Below are positions 10,593 through 24,600 of a DNA stretch of 64,000 nt, in pieces. This stretch comes from Chara braunii (lineage: Eukaryota > Plantae > Charophyceae): positions 2,148,951 through 2,212,950 of the forward strand of contig BFEA01000029.1 of the NCBI GenBank assembly GCA_003427395.1, read 5' to 3'. Made by a program: the position numbers and the translations under genes. A model generated the notes under the pieces. The model searched no databases. It saw only the letters and a program-made list of their open reading frames with translations, and was not told the origin of the DNA. Each line of letters opens with the position of its first letter. Position 1 is the first letter of the stretch.

Positions 10593-11906
10593 TCGGCCTC
10601 TAGCAAGCCAAGGCAGAATTAGTAGAAATCATTCATGCTAATTTGGTAAAGGCCAGCAGTAAACTCAGGCAGGCGTTAATGGCTACAAGGGAGGGGCAGG
10701 ATAAGAAGAGAGCTGTGGCTGCCTTCTGTGAGCATTGGCTTGATCCTCAGAAGAAGATGGCAGAGGTGAACGAAAATGGGATTTTGACTTGAAAAAACTG
10801 GGTTGCTCAGGATCACCAGTGGTCATACCGAAGGGCGGAATGCTTCGCCACACCTCCACCGGGCCAAACATGGAACGCGTTGACAGTACTCACTCAGGAC
10901 GCGGTCCAGGGTCAGCACGTACACAATGGGCTAGCTTCCCAGCCTCCACAGGTGGCGCAAGCCCCTCCCCTGCCCATGCAAAAGTCGCCACAAATGCCGT
11001 CCGTCTCCCCCACGGCTACCCCATCGCCCCCCCCCTCCGCTGCCCTCGAACCCTCCCCCTACCACCCCTCCACAGCCCTCATCCTCCTTTCCACCCAACA
11101 CCCCTTCACCCTCCTCCCTCTCTGTCCAGAACACAGCGTCGGGCCAGCTGAATTCAGTACACATCAGCAGGTGATCTCATTGAACAGGGATGGCCCGGAT
11201 GGGACTACAGCAACTACAAGGCATCTCAAGGATGACACTGCTTCTTTGGGATAACAGCAGCAACGAAGCAGACATCGGTTCATACGGACTGCTGGCATGT
11301 GGGCAACTGGCTCACCACCCTCATCCTCCTCTCCACCCAACACCCCCTCACCCCCCTCCCTCCCTGCCCAGAACACAGGGTCGGGCCAGCCGAATTCAGT
11401 ACACCTCAGCAGGTGATCTCACTGATCAGGGATGGGACTGCAGCAACTACAAGGCATCTCAGCCTGTTGCAGTGCTGTCACAAATACATGATACCTCCTC
11501 TACCTGCAATCATGATATCGCCAATGAGCCATTTCATTACTTACCATAGGCTGGAAGGAAGGTTAGCATCACAGATTACAGTGCAAATGTAGTCGTGTCA
11601 ATGGGCCATACCACCTCTCACTAAGGGAGCTCTGATAGGCAGGCCGCTCAGGCCATTGTGTATCTCTACTGACTGAACTTCATTCAGAATAGGTCAGATT
11701 GGTAGTTTGGCAGCTTGATGTTCACACAAATGCATGATTGACCACATGATTAAGTACCATGTTCAGGGACGCTGGACCCGATTTCCAGCAGGTGCTGCTC
11801 CCCACCAATAGATGGAGCCTCCCCGGCGGTGCTAGCGGTGTCTGCTCTTATCAGCACCCCTAGCTCCCGTTTGGCTGTTTAAAAAAAAAAAAAAAAAAAA
11901 AAAAAA
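10593..11906 (+). mobile_element. 5'-truncated LINE tail (ORF2 C-terminus, long 3'UTR with internal duplication, structured motif, poly(A)) nested in the minus-strand LINE
   Basis: The plus frame gives ELVEIIHANL...AFCEHWLDP. The 3'UTR is duplicated at 11076-11230 / 11316-11460, followed by A26 at 11881-11906. The host frame LWLLS..ASPSAVNL rejoins across the insertion. Confidence 0.8.
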
Positions 11907-12552
11907 GGATAATAACCACAGATTTGCTGCTAATCTAGGGTAGGCAGCATCCGCCAACTGTTTCCAACAGAGTGATAGTCCAAGACTTGGTTCCACTGTG
12001 ATACCGACACTGTCATAGGGGATCTGGATGGGGCCTGAGCTTGATAGCTCAGGTCGATTGAGTATGAAACGTATGAAACTAGTGGCAGGTCCTCTCCTCC
12101 TGGACCTTGGCCTTTCCAGCCGCACATTCGTGGGTCTAGGTTCAGGAGCTTCAAGGGCTTGCCTTGGGCATGTACTTTACATCCCCAGTTACCTTTCTGA
12201 TCGCACCATTCCCAGACCCTAGCCTGAAATAATTGAGAGCCCAGTAGGGGTTGAGTAGGGGATTCAAGTTGAACCAAGGTGGAAGTGGGTCTGCTCGTTA
12301 AAACCTACCCAACATTGAAACTCCCTTCTTCCTAGGTCGTCTATGCCCGTAAGTTTCCAAAGAGCGGGGGGTGAGTCCAAGTTTTTGGACATATACCAGG
12401 TGCCCAGGGCCAGGGGATCCGTGCCTTCTGGACTAGCAGAGATTTCCATGCCGAAGGGAGGGAGTCGAGAATCTTTGAGAAGCGTTCCTCCACAAACCAG
12501 CAAGAACCTAGGGTTTCCCGTAGGGCAGCTGGGGAGAGCCATTGACCTTTTA

Positions 12553-12920
12553 GAACTGCCATTTCGCCAAAATGGACATTTTTTATTTTTTGAACGAAAT
12601 TGAAACTAAGTTTTTTCAACTTTTTTGGCCGAGAACTCGTCTAAATTTTGCTGCTCCTGAGCGTCCGGCGTTTTTAAAATGTCGAACCCACTGGATGTAT
12701 CTGGACCTCTCTTGAGACCAGATACATCCGGGCAGTCCCCCCTGTATGTATCTGGTCTACAGCTTAGTCCTGATACATCCAGGCGGTCCGACGTTTTAAA
12801 AACGCCGGACCCTCAGGAGCAGCAAAATTTAGACGATTTTTCAGCCAAAAAAGTTGAAAAAACTCAGTTTCAATTTCGTTCAAAAAATAAAAAATGTTCA
12901 TTTTGACAAAATGGTAGTTC
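12553..12920. mobile_element. Foldback MITE with long TIRs and a TA target-site duplication (Tc1/mariner-like)
   Basis: GAACTGCCATTT...AAATGGTAGTTC, near-palindromic over most of its length and flanked by TA/TA. Removing it restores the host frame WNDLKGQW. Confidence 0.93.
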
Positions 12921-14974
12921 TAGATCATTCCACAGGTCGGCTAATCTGACGACCCCTCGTTCTATCCAACTACAACCGAAACTGTTACGGGCTGTATCTG
13001 CTCCAAACCAGGAACCATCAGCTCTTCTGATGTGAGGATTTTCAAATATGGGCTGCAGCAAAGCTTCTGTCTTTGTAACTGGGTGGAGCCAAGAGTCAAG
13101 TTTCAGGACTTTCCAGGCATACATCACTGCCTTCCAGAAATCAGATTTAATATTTATGTTCTGGTGTGACAACAAGAGGAAGCATGTCCATACATCTGAG
13201 GGGCGAGGCAGATCCCATTCATTGGCTAAGATGGACTCAGCAAACGCAATCTACTGGGCTGGTTGCGAAGAGCACATGGCTTTGATAAACCATCGGACAA
13301 GCATTGTCAGGCTTCTACGTTGGGGGTGAGTAGGGCCCAGACCACCTTAGGTCTTTGCAAAGGTTAGCAGATCCCAGGCAACCTTTGACATAAAGGCCTC
13401 CTGATCCGATGCAAAGGGTTCCCAAATGAATTTGGTCACCCGGCGTCTGATCAGGGAGCATGAGTGTTTACCTAACGGTCTGACAGCAGCCACAAACCAC
13501 AGTAGAGCGAAAATAGCACCGTTGATTACCATTACCCGCCTATAAATAGACAAGTGAGGGGCTTTCCCCCCACAGAGAGACTCTTTGTAGTACCTTCTGG
13601 AGGATAATTCCCTCTTGATCAATCGAGCACGATAACAATGAGACTTGGACTCCGAGGAATCTTTTGAAAGAGCCTGCGTCTATGTGCTTCATACCCCGGT
13701 TGACAGTTGGAGTAAACTGGCTGGGAAGAAAGAAGACAGATTTGGCCCAGTTAACCGAGGCTCCCGATAACTCCGAGTACTCATCCAGGCAGAGTTTTAA
13801 GGCTTGTAGAGAACGAGTTATATTGCCTGAGATAGCGAACAGGTTGTTTGCTAAAGCCATAACTTTGCATTGAGAAGGGTCTGCTTGTAAACCAACTATC
13901 TCCGGATGCACCCTGATATTGCAGAGGAGGTTTTCCATTTGAGGAACAAAGAGCAAGGGAGCGAGCGGACAACCCTGGCGTAAGGAGCGGGTAAGTTGAA
14001 AAGGCTGAAACCGGTTATCGTTTACCATGATGGTTGCAATAGACAAGAAATATAGTGTCACTTTGAACCAGTTCCGAGGCTTCAATCGCTGTGACGATAT
14101 TATCGAAAATTGATCGATTCTGGACAAAGGCGGTTTGGTTGATGCCCACCAAGGCAGGTAAATACCTCCCCAAATGTCTGGCAAGGATTTTTGTCAGAAA
14201 TTTGTACGAGACATTAAGCACTAAAATCAGACGCTAGTTTGGAATCTCAGATTTGTCGCTTTTTTTATAGAGACGGGAGATAATACCATTCCGCATGCCT
14301 TTTGATAGACACCCTCCTACTAAGACATTGTTATACATGTCGACTAGGGCATCCTTCACTGAATCCCAGATTACCAGATACAGTTCCACTGAAAGACCAT
14401 CCTCTCCAGGGACCTTGCCCTTAGCCATTGCGCAGAGGGCTGCTTAAGCTTTCTCAGAAGTGATAGGGCGATCGAGATCTAGTTTTTTGTGGGAAGGCAG
14501 TCTCGCGGTGAAGGCCGCCCAATGGGACGAGGCCTCTGATAAGTCTGTGGTGGTCTTCCAGGGGGCGTCCTGTTGAGAGGATATCCTGATAGTACAGGGA
14601 GGCATATTCACACTAATCGCGTGCCTAAGGGAATAAGTGATCAAAGCGGTGGGTCAATTCACTCGTTGACAAGGTGAGTCTTTTTGGCAGGAGGCGTTGG
14701 AACGATTCCTTAGTCATTCGATCATAAACAACAATCCCTTTAACTTTAAGGCGTTCCGCCCAGACATCCGATTGTGCCTGTTGAAGCGCATCCCATTCTG
14801 CCATTCGGCGGACCCTTATGGGGCCCCATACCAGGTTGGAGATAGGATGGGCAGTAATGCGGTATTCAGCACGATCTGCCTTTGCCCGTAAATTCCTACG
14901 CTCATAACCGACTTCTCCTTGCTTGACCTTTCTCTTTTACTTCTTCACTCTAGTTGCCACGTGGCTCCGTTTGA

Positions 14975-15044
14975 TTGGTTTGGTTAATTGATTGATTGAT
15001 TGATTGGTTGATTAATTGATTGATTGATTTGATTGATTCATTGA

Positions 15045-15075
<31 letters not shown>

Positions 15076-15329
15076 CATTGATTGATTGACTGATCATTTT
15101 TTTTTTTTTCTATTTTTTTCTATTTTTTTTCACACCTCAAAAATTGCCCCCTCAAATTTTTATTTTTTTTATTTTTTTTTTGGACAGGCCGATAGCGGCC
15201 GACGTGCGCAGGCCGTGCACGTGCGCGGATTTTGGGCGCGCGCCCCCGCATGGGCGTGGCGCGGCCGCGCGGCCTAGGATCCAGGCCGCGGACTCGGATC
15301 CTGCAGCCGCGGCCGAGGGTGCCACGTAG
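14975..15329. mobile_element. Partial TIR element with (TTGA)n and a GC-rich palindromic subterminus, related to 28650-30621
   Basis: (TTGA)n, a ccgcgg-rich end and terminus GGGTG..TAG. LINE sequence homologous to 59458 onward resumes right after it. Confidence 0.6.
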
Positions 15330-18300
15330 ACTGTGCACACGCCATGTGAGCAACTGGGCGTTCCATGGCGATGTAGCGTTCAAGTCAACAAATGATAAGG
15401 TTGGCTTGATCAGGGAGCGATTCGTAGCCTTCAAGGGATCCTTGGACGGCGCACACGACGTCTTCCTAATACAACCAGTCTCATCATCTATTATTACAGT
15501 GATCTGTATGTTTGAAACTGACAATAAAATAATGGATGGATGAAAATCACTTCACTGCGAAGGATCAAAAGTACTAATTTACCCCTGGTCCTCCCCGAAA
15601 TAGCAAAGACCAGAGGAACGAAGAAAACACATGATGAGGGAGCATTTTTGGGTAGAAGTTTTGACACATCTCAATCGAAACCCAGGCGGACTTCTTGCAA
15701 GACTTCGCTGAGAAGTTTGACGTGGTGGACTTCATTGACCGGTTACCACCCGATATGGCACGGAGAGAGGACTACCCTATGCTGACCATTAGCCTGGCCA
15801 AGGAGCACAAATTCACAATCGACGACATTATCCCGTTTTGTGTAGGCAGAAAAATGTACTGAATACGCACTGCCCATAAGCACCGGCCCTAATGTTTCAA
15901 ATGTCAGGCTTATGGACACATGTACACAGACACGACCTATGCCCGCCATCCCTCCCGTGCAGCGAAGCCCACAGGGCGCCTTAGGAAAGACCCCTTCGGA
16001 GAAACACGGTGGCGAACGTTCAATCTGGGTCACGAGGTGTGGGTCTACATAGATGCACCGGGAGAGAAGAAGGGTGAGGTAGTCGGATGGTCGTGGGAGG
16101 GGCAAGACGAACCTCGATAGGATACTAAATCGCCGGTGACATGGGTCCCTCCGAGGACCCTGGAATCACCCCTGCAACAACCAGCTCGCCTCCCTCCCCC
16201 AGGGGGTTGGGAAAGGGGAATCATGGGAAGTGGTTGGGAAAAAAAAGAAAGAGAAACCGAGAGCAACAACATGAGAACCCGGAAGAGGGGGAAGTAACAA
16301 AGGCAACAAATTCGCCCTTCTAGAGGTCGGGGAAGGTAAACTTGGGCAGAACATGAGTGAAGAGGAGGCTGGTGGGGGAAGCCACGTGGTGCGGGGACAC
16401 AAGGAAGTATCCGGGGCCATTGTCGGCCCTTTCTCGGACGGAATCCCAAAGCGGGAAAGCGGAAGAGGGGGGACGAGAAGGGAAGAGGAGGAACCTGATA
16501 GGGAACCCATTGAGGCACAAAAGGAACTGCCATGCCCAAAACTATCGGTTCATCATCAACCACAGTCGCTGCAATTAGCACCCCAAGAACAACAAGCATA
16601 ACAACCCCACACGTAGTACAGAAACAAAAGACCAACCAGGCATCCCGGGCCACCCGCAGCACACGCAGGTCCAGCTGGCACAGACACAGCAGATGCGGAC
16701 AAAGCAGCAGGCACGGGTGAGGCACATGCAGCAAGCGCAGGCCTAGATGCAGCCGACACCGCAGGGGCAACAAACACAACAGACGCAGCAAGCACATAAA
16801 ACACAACAAAGTGAGCGGACTTAAAAGGAGCAGCAACCACAACCAACAGAGCAATCACAACAAACACAATAAGGGCAAAAGGAGTTTGGGTCATAATCGG
16901 CACAACACACGCAAACTCTGGCCCCGACCTTCTGTTCACATGCTTTTGGGGCCCAACATATGGATGTGGACAGACGACCCCCCCCCCCGATGTGGAAATG
17001 GAGGACGGTAAGAAAAATCTGAACACCCCCCCACAAAAGATGAGCCTGGATAAAAAAATCCAGGTGCTCACAGAGTGGATAGTCAAACACTTAAGATCCG
17101 ACCTTCCGGATGGGGGAGAGGAGTACTGGGATAAATATTAAATCGAGTTGGTTGCAGTATTGAATAATAGCCCGACACTTCAAGTTAGATATGTGTTGAT
17201 GTCTGGCCCCCCAACCCATTTGACATGGGTGAGTCCAACGCATCTTGGCTATTGCCCGAGGCCGCTTCCGCCCTCCCCCCACCCCTGACCCCCCCAACCC
17301 CCAACCATCGCACCAGAAACCAGAATAACACACTCCCCCACTATCGGATATCCAACACCCATAAACTAGAGAAAGGGGGAGGAGTGGAAACTGTGGAGGA
17401 GGGTGTGACCTCACAACCACTGAAGTTGTGGCAGCTCATTGAACGGGGCCTCTTTGAGCTACCTCTCTCCAAAATGGAAGGTATGTTGGTGATCCCAATG
17501 AGGAAGACCAAAGGCAAATGAGAAATTGGTCGCTCCCCGGTGGGAGAACATGGGGGCGTTGTCGGAGCAAAAACCCTTACAAGGGGTCCTGCCTAAGTTT
17601 TTCAAGGTCGGACGAGAGACTTGTATCGGACACTATTTAACCCTTGATGGAAATGACGTTGCCAAAATTATTCAAACTGACCGTATGAATGAGAGGTTAC
17701 GACCATCTTTTAAGAAAGGTTTGACGCCGTTGACGTCCGACCCAAAAGGCCGGATAATGATAGTGTGACCGAGATGTCCGCAACCTTCATTAAGAACGCG
17801 GAGGCATGCGATCGACACAGACCTATGACCAGGAGCCGACCCTGTTATCGACCCGGAGTGGACTGTTTTACGGGGGGGTACTTTGCCGATTCGGTGGAGA
17901 CGACCCGACTTATGAGATCCGAGCTTTGTGCTCGGGCGAGGAGAGGGAGTAACCCATACCACTTCCTAAAAGGAGAGGCATACAACACTTCAAGCGATAT
18001 ACATGATCAAGAATCATTCACAAAGCAGCATCTCATTCTTAGGAATGTGTGAACACAGGTGTGCATACCTAGTTTTAGGTCGTCGGTAGACTGGAATGAG
18101 CAACTTTGGCGATGTGTTTCATCAAGTAAAAACTAAGGCAGTTCGACTACCTTCCTTGTCGACTGCATTTATGTTATTGTCGGCAGCCGTATGATTTTTG
18201 TGAAGTTCGACCCGGGGTGGTGAAATTTTATTTTGATCTTGTGTTATTGGATGTATCTAAAGATGATTTTAACTATTTTAGTTATAATTTCTGATTGGAT

Positions 18301-21300
18301 ATACCTTTCTATCAAATACGGTTGATTTCTCTTAATGTAATTATGTGTGGATATTTTAACTTTCTTTTGAATGTGCGTTTAAGGGACTAGGATTAATATT
18401 TGGGTTTCACGCCTTGTTGGGACCGTCTTAGTCGACCGGCTTCGGTTTCGTACTTAGGAGATCAGCGCCCTAAGGAACGAACGACGTTCGGGTCCGCTTG
18501 GCGTTACCAAGCGTATCTATACTACAACGAACAAGCAAACGCCCTCGGTTGACCTACCTCTACAATTGCATTTAAAAACTTTCGCATGTGGGTCAGTAGC
18601 TCCGTAGGGATACACCCCTAATGTACAGCTGGCGCACCCGACGAGAGCGGCGAGGGAACGGCGCTACCGCAACCATCTCGACGGTTTGTGGGATTATTTA
18701 TGCGTCGTCCCCAAGTTGTCTCTTGATTTAGGTTTTGTTTTTGTTGAACTCCTGCGTGACATGACCGGGAAGGCTCCCACGCTTTGCAAAAAGGTGGGGG
18801 CCGATGCGCTCGACAGGTATCTCTTTGAGCTGCCTCTCTCCAAAATGGAAGGTGTGCTGGTGATCCCAATGAAGAAGACTAAAGGCAAATGAAAAATTGG
18901 TCTCTCCCCGGTGGGAGAACATGGGGGCGTGACATTGCAAGGTTGGGACTTACCGACCCATGTCGGGGATGTTAAGGAAAGAGACAAGACCTTTACAAAC
19001 CAAATGGGCGCCTTTGTCCCCGAATACTATGCACCAGGGGCGAGAGCATCCATGAAATTTGAAAGTTGCGACCAACAGATGGCTAGGAATGACCTCTACC
19101 TGTTGTTTGAACCNACACCATGGGTGATATCAATAGAATCATCTCTAAGTTCTGCGAGGATTGGTTGGGAGGGAAGGGGGAGGGTTGGGTGGCAAAGGTG
19201 AGCAGGGAACCAAGTACACACCCGAATACTATGCACCAGGGGCGAGAGCATCCATGAAATTTGAAAGTTGCGACCAACAGATGGCTAGGAATGACCTCTA
19301 CCTGTTGTTTGAACCTAACACAACTACCAACTTACGATGATACTGCCACAACGCATTACTGGACCTGCAGTCCACGAAAATAAAAATCAGTAACTTCTCG
19401 TCGGACGACGATGTTTGCAAATGTTTGTGCAAAATTGTGCGGAAGAGGGTCCTGAGCTTAGACAGATGGGATGTCAGACAGTGCATATCCTGTGAGTATA
19501 CCCCGAACCAGAAGAAGGGAATGCCTAAAAAATGGACGACCTGGAAACATTATATTGCAGAAACCCTACCTGGCAGCAATGTGTAAGAACGACGGACCTG
19601 GACTTGCGCTCCATCAACGTAAATGGCTTGGCATCCAGTAAACCTGAGAAATGTCACGCCATTGGGGACCAACTCATAGGGGTGAGAGGTAGGCAGTGGC
19701 CGGACTTGATATGAGTGCAACGACTTGCGGGACAACTCGGAGCATAACAGGGCCCATAAGATGGTCTAGCCTCACTCGGTCGTAGCGATTTGAATCCCCA
19801 TTGACTCCAGATTTCAGTTGGTCCACTAGATGGCAAATGAAAAAGAGGGGTGGTGGAGCGTTGGGGATGTTGGAATTGGAATTACTTCGCATACTTTGCA
19901 TCTATTCCGCCAATATGATCGAAGAAAGAAAAACTTTTTTGGGGAATTTAGGAACGCAAGTACCCGAAGGCATCCCATTAGTTATAGCAGGGGATTTTAA
20001 CGCCACCCCCGATAGGATACCGAACATATGGAACCCTCAACGGATCCCCCCCTTTGATGCAGACGAAGACGAGCGAATGGTAGCAGAATTGTGCGAAACT
20101 CTCTGAGACTCGGTCTTCGACACCTTTCGCCGTTTGAACCCAAACGACTGAACCTTTACATGCATAAGGGACAGTGACCCAACACGATTATCCAAATAGC
20201 GAATCAATTTTATTCTTCTCTCTAACGACCTAGAAGGCGCACTACGATGGTCGGTCATCCTCCCACACAGCGTGCACCCAGGTATGGACCACAAGACATG
20301 TGGGATAATATTAACAATCAGGAAACACCTCCCTCTTAAGAGATCAACCGTTCCGACAAATAATTCATCACGAGTGGCAATTTTGGCGCCAACAAAAACA
20401 TCACTTTGACTCCTATTCCACGTGATTCAACAATGGTCTGATTTTTCGAGCTAGGAAGTGCAAGGCATTTTCCAAAGTCAAAGCGTCCCTACGACAACAA
20501 TAGGAAATGACCATTCATAAGGAATTGCTAGACCTGGAGCAGTGGATAGATTCACAACATCACAATATATCCATCCAAAGAGTGAAAGACCAGCTCCTAT
20601 AGTACGCCCGACATAGATGGCAATGTATTAGGATACGAGGGAAAATGGTCAAACTCACCCAGGAAGCCAGGATGGACACTCACTTCTTCACTGTGGCTAC
20701 GGCCCACGGGGGACGGACCGTAATTGAGGCAGTCTATGACCCAGACAAAGGGGAGGAAGTTATAGCGACCAATACCTCACAATGCACATTAATCACAAGA
20801 AGGTTTTTTAAACGATTATATACATCTCAACTCCCGACTCTGCGAGGGGAGGTAGGGACGAGAGAACTATAAGTTTTTACTACCAATGGACGAAGGCTTA
20901 TCCCCGCAACAACGAGATCTGCAAGAGAGATTGATGAGGAAGGATGAGATATGGACAACTCTTCTCCAAATGAAGGAAGAAAAAACTCTTGGCATCGACG
21001 GTTTCCCCAAAAGGTTTTGAGAAGCCATGTGGACGGATCTGAGCACGGACTTGTGGGAGTACTACCAGAAGGTATGGGAAGCTGGGGAAATGGGGGAGGT
21101 AGTGGGGAAAGAAGTGTTGTCGTTGCTACATAAGCAAGAAAATAAGATGAACGTAAGGAACTACAGACCTATCACCCTTCTTATAGTACTCTACAAAATG
21201 ATCCCCAAAGCCTTGGCGAATCGTATGGCGGCGGTCTTGGAAGATGTAATACACCCAGCCTAGGCAGGGTTCATGGCTGATAAGAACATACAAAAAAACA

Positions 21301-24300
21301 TCCTGCTAGTAAATGAAGTGGTCAAACTAACACATAGGAATCAGGCAAACGCGACTATCATTTTTATTGACTTCGAAAAACCTACGACTTTTTAAACAAA
21401 TATTTCGACAAAATAAACTTCGGACCCGCCTTCAGGCCAGCGGTGAGGATTCTACATAGCAATGTCAGTACCTGTGTGGAGGTTAACGGGTCAGTGGCAC
21501 CCCCGTTTGAGCTTCAACGGTCGGTCAGACAAGGGGACCCTATTGCCCCCTACCTCGTTTTGGTTATAATGGAGGCACTATCCGCTAATCTAAGATACAA
21601 TAAGGACCTTACACGGATCATACCGGAGAAGGCAGTGTCGGTCTGTTCCCTCTTTGTGGATGACCTCACTATTATGGTGGAGGCGAATGCACAGAATATG
21701 GAAAAGATCCGAAATCTTATGAATCGGTTTTGCGGGATGTCAGACATAGTCGTCAATTGGGTCAAAAGACCATAGGCCGGTGGTTACATCACCAACAGGG
21801 AAGCCCCCCCGAAAACCCGCGAATTACTTGGCTTCCCCCGGATGAACCTCTCAGAATTTTGGGGGTGTTAGTTACAACAAAGGACAAGCCTGTCACCAAT
21901 GACGAGTGGCTGGCGGGCCCGGTGCAAGCCAAGCTCGCAGGGTGAAATAACAATCATACGTCAATCTTTGGGCGGACCCTTGTTATCAATAATGTAGTAC
22001 TAGCCACACTTTGGTACAAAGTCATATTATGGTCCATAAGCAACGGAGTGCTCAAGAAGCTGAAGTGGCAACTCGCGGCCTTTCTATGGAGAGGGTAGAC
22101 TGGCAACCCCCACGCCATTAGTCGGGTTGCATGGGAATCAGTGATTCAGCCTAAGGCCGAAGGGGGGTTGGAAATTGTGGATCCCTCCATACAGTTCCAG
22201 ACCCTCAACTTTCGCTGGCTTCGATACCTCATTTTCTCATCAGCCTCCCCTTGGGTCTCCCTAGCTTTGGCACAAATTGCGGCCCTAGCCCCAGAGGCCC
22301 CACCTGAGACTGACCCTCTGGTGTTGTTCGAAGACAAGTATTGGAGGCTACCAAGGAAATACAGGAACGGGGACCCCACAAATGAGTAGTGGTTGCGCCT
22401 CCTATGGATATGGAGGAAACTCCCCCCTCCAGATCGATCGACACCGGAAAGATGGGAGGAAATATTCAGACAACCCCTGTTTGGTAACAGACTGATTACA
22501 AATTTCTTTGGCCTCGTGAGGTGTAGTTCGAACCCCCCATGAAAGGGTTGGGTGAAACATGGGGCTCGGAGGGTGGGGGACCTCTGGGACAAGGACGTGA
22601 GGGAATGAAAGAGCGCATAAATAATACTTAGTTGGTTGCAGTATTGCCACTTCACAGAGGCTGCACTGAATGAGCTTATTGATAGTTTCCCCCTCCATTG
22701 GTATATCACCCTATGAAAGGGCCCTTGCTCGGAAGAAGGAGACTGGGTAGGGATACCTAGCAATGGGAAACAAGTAGGGCAAGTGCACCTAGTAGACCAA
22801 ACACAAGTGCTGATCGAAGGTTTTTTCATCTAAGAGAACGGACAACTACGAGGGAGCCGTCAACCCTTTTTTTGGAAGGAGAAATGAAGTTTATCGTGTC
22901 AGAGTAATTGACGAGGGGAGTGGTTGGAAGGCCTACTGGCCAATGACCCCGATTGAGGATCTTCCCTTCAATCCTGACGAGTGGCGTTGGTGCAGGAAAG
23001 ACCCGATAAACTCAAGAAGGGAAGGAAAGGCGAAGATGATAGCACTAACCAACCTAAAAACCAAATCAGTATACCGAATGCTCAGCTCTAAACGCAGACC
23101 GCGAAACGTAGTAGAAGGCAAATGGCATCTCAATATAGACTGTGGCCTACTTAAGCCCATAACTTGGTTTGGCGAATATGGAAATAGGCCGACAAAAATT
23201 TCTGCCCCTCAGTGGCAAATCGCTCGCGGGTGCTTGCCGACCAACGATTGGCTGATAGAGCGCACACAATTGAAGCAACAGGGGTGGACACTGCCATGGT
23301 GCCACAGTTGTCTCTAGTGCTACCTCGAAAAAAAAACACTCCGAGATGATAGAACACATCTTCCTTTACTGCCCTGCGGCCGTATTATTATGGATGTGGT
23401 GGGACAGGATTTGGTGGCAATTGGTGCCAGGTTCATTATGGCCATGGGATTGGAGGGCCATACTTCCGGGACATTACCCCCAGATGCGAGGAAATATATT
23501 CGAAAAGAACATCTTACACCTGGGTAGACGTGTCGTCCTATGGGTAATATGGTGGAGAAGGTGTATTCAGGAAGTGTATTCAGGAAATAGAGGGAGCAAT
23601 GGTGGAAGATGGGGAGGTCATGGAGCAACTACAGCTATTGGTATAGTATGAGATTACATCCCAGTGGTGGGCGACGAAGGAAAAGTTGAACCAAGTACAC
23701 ACCATGGGTGATATCAATAGAATCATCTCTAAGTTCTGCGAGGATTGGTTGGGAGGGAAGGGGGAGGGTTGGGTGGCAAAGGTGAGCAGGGAAGGAGATG
23801 GGCAACAAGAACACCAACAAGAACGTCGACAAGAGGAGGAAGTGGGTCGGTAATAGGCAGAGATTGAAAGGGACTATCAGTTGCATTTTCATGAGTGGAC
23901 ACAGGTTGACCCTAGGGACTTGTTACGACCAGCCCAGGAATTCGCAGACCCCTTCCTCCCCCACCCGTTGTCCTTGGAGGAAATGCTACATGAGTAAGTA
24001 CCCAAGCGCATCTGCCGCCATCCATAGTAAAGTCGAGCATCTCTCAGGAATTATGAAGGATGCTGAAGGATTTCTGAAAAACGAGGAACAACAATGAAAC
24101 CTCAAAACGAATGTTGGGACCAGTTCCCAACACATATCCAAGGAAAGCACAGTGAGGGATTGAGGTCAGGCGAGGAAATGGAAGGAGACTCTCATTGGTG
24201 CCCCTAGTGGCTCCTTTCGTTTTCCTGAGTCAGACCGCATGTTAGGAGTCTAAGAGGGGCAGGATGGTGGACCTGGTTTCCAGCAACGGGGTCTTTCCCG

Positions 24301-24600
24301 GACTGTCGCATGATCATGGTTTTCTTATTTTCACCTTGTTTTTACCTACTTTCTTTTTTTTTTTTTTTCGTTTTTTTTTTTCCACTTATTTTCACCTATG
24401 TACTTCTAAAGGATGTTGAGTCCGATTCTCAGCAAAAAACGATGTAGTCAATGGACGCTGGACCCGGTTTCCAGCAGGTGATGCTCCCCACCAATAGGTG
24501 GAGCGGCCCACTAGGCAAAGCCTCAATTCCGGTGGTTCTCTTACCACCACTGGGATAGAGGCATTGCATAAGGGCCTTTCAAAAAAAAAAAAAAAAAAAA
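15330..24600 (+). mobile_element. Near full-length decayed L1/Tx1-like LINE (ORF1 zinc knuckle, APE endonuclease, RT, zf-RVT, poly(A))
   Basis: ORF1 CFKCQAYGH. Endonuclease SINVNGL and IAGDFN. RT NYRPITLL, RQGDPIAPYL, LFVDD. C-terminal CHSC...EHIFLYCP. A20 at 24581-24600. Many stops and frameshifts. Confidence 0.93.
17560..18815 (+). mobile_element. Lone LTR (about 1.26 kb) followed by a possible PBS remnant
   Basis: Termini TGTCGGAGC...GCTCGACA, followed immediately by GGTATC (as in a Met-tRNAi PBS). Non-coding. Confidence 0.7.

Larger units (their letters stand above)
9472..14870 (-). mobile_element. Decayed, 5'-truncated L1/Tx1-like LINE (ORF2 RT, zf-RVT, 3'UTR, poly(A)), interrupted by two insertions
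   Basis: GKVPGEDGL, LNVSYKFLTKILA, QTAFVQNRSIFDNI, RSLRQGCPLAPLLF, QPIFENPHI and CKRC...HLWYDCP motifs in broken frames. The poly(T) at 9472-9487 is the tail. Confidence 0.92.

Noticed and set aside
19018-19315. Local duplication plus an exact copy of about 23697-23790 inside the LINE
   Set aside because: Identical copies next to a single N point to a gap-filling or scaffolding artefact.
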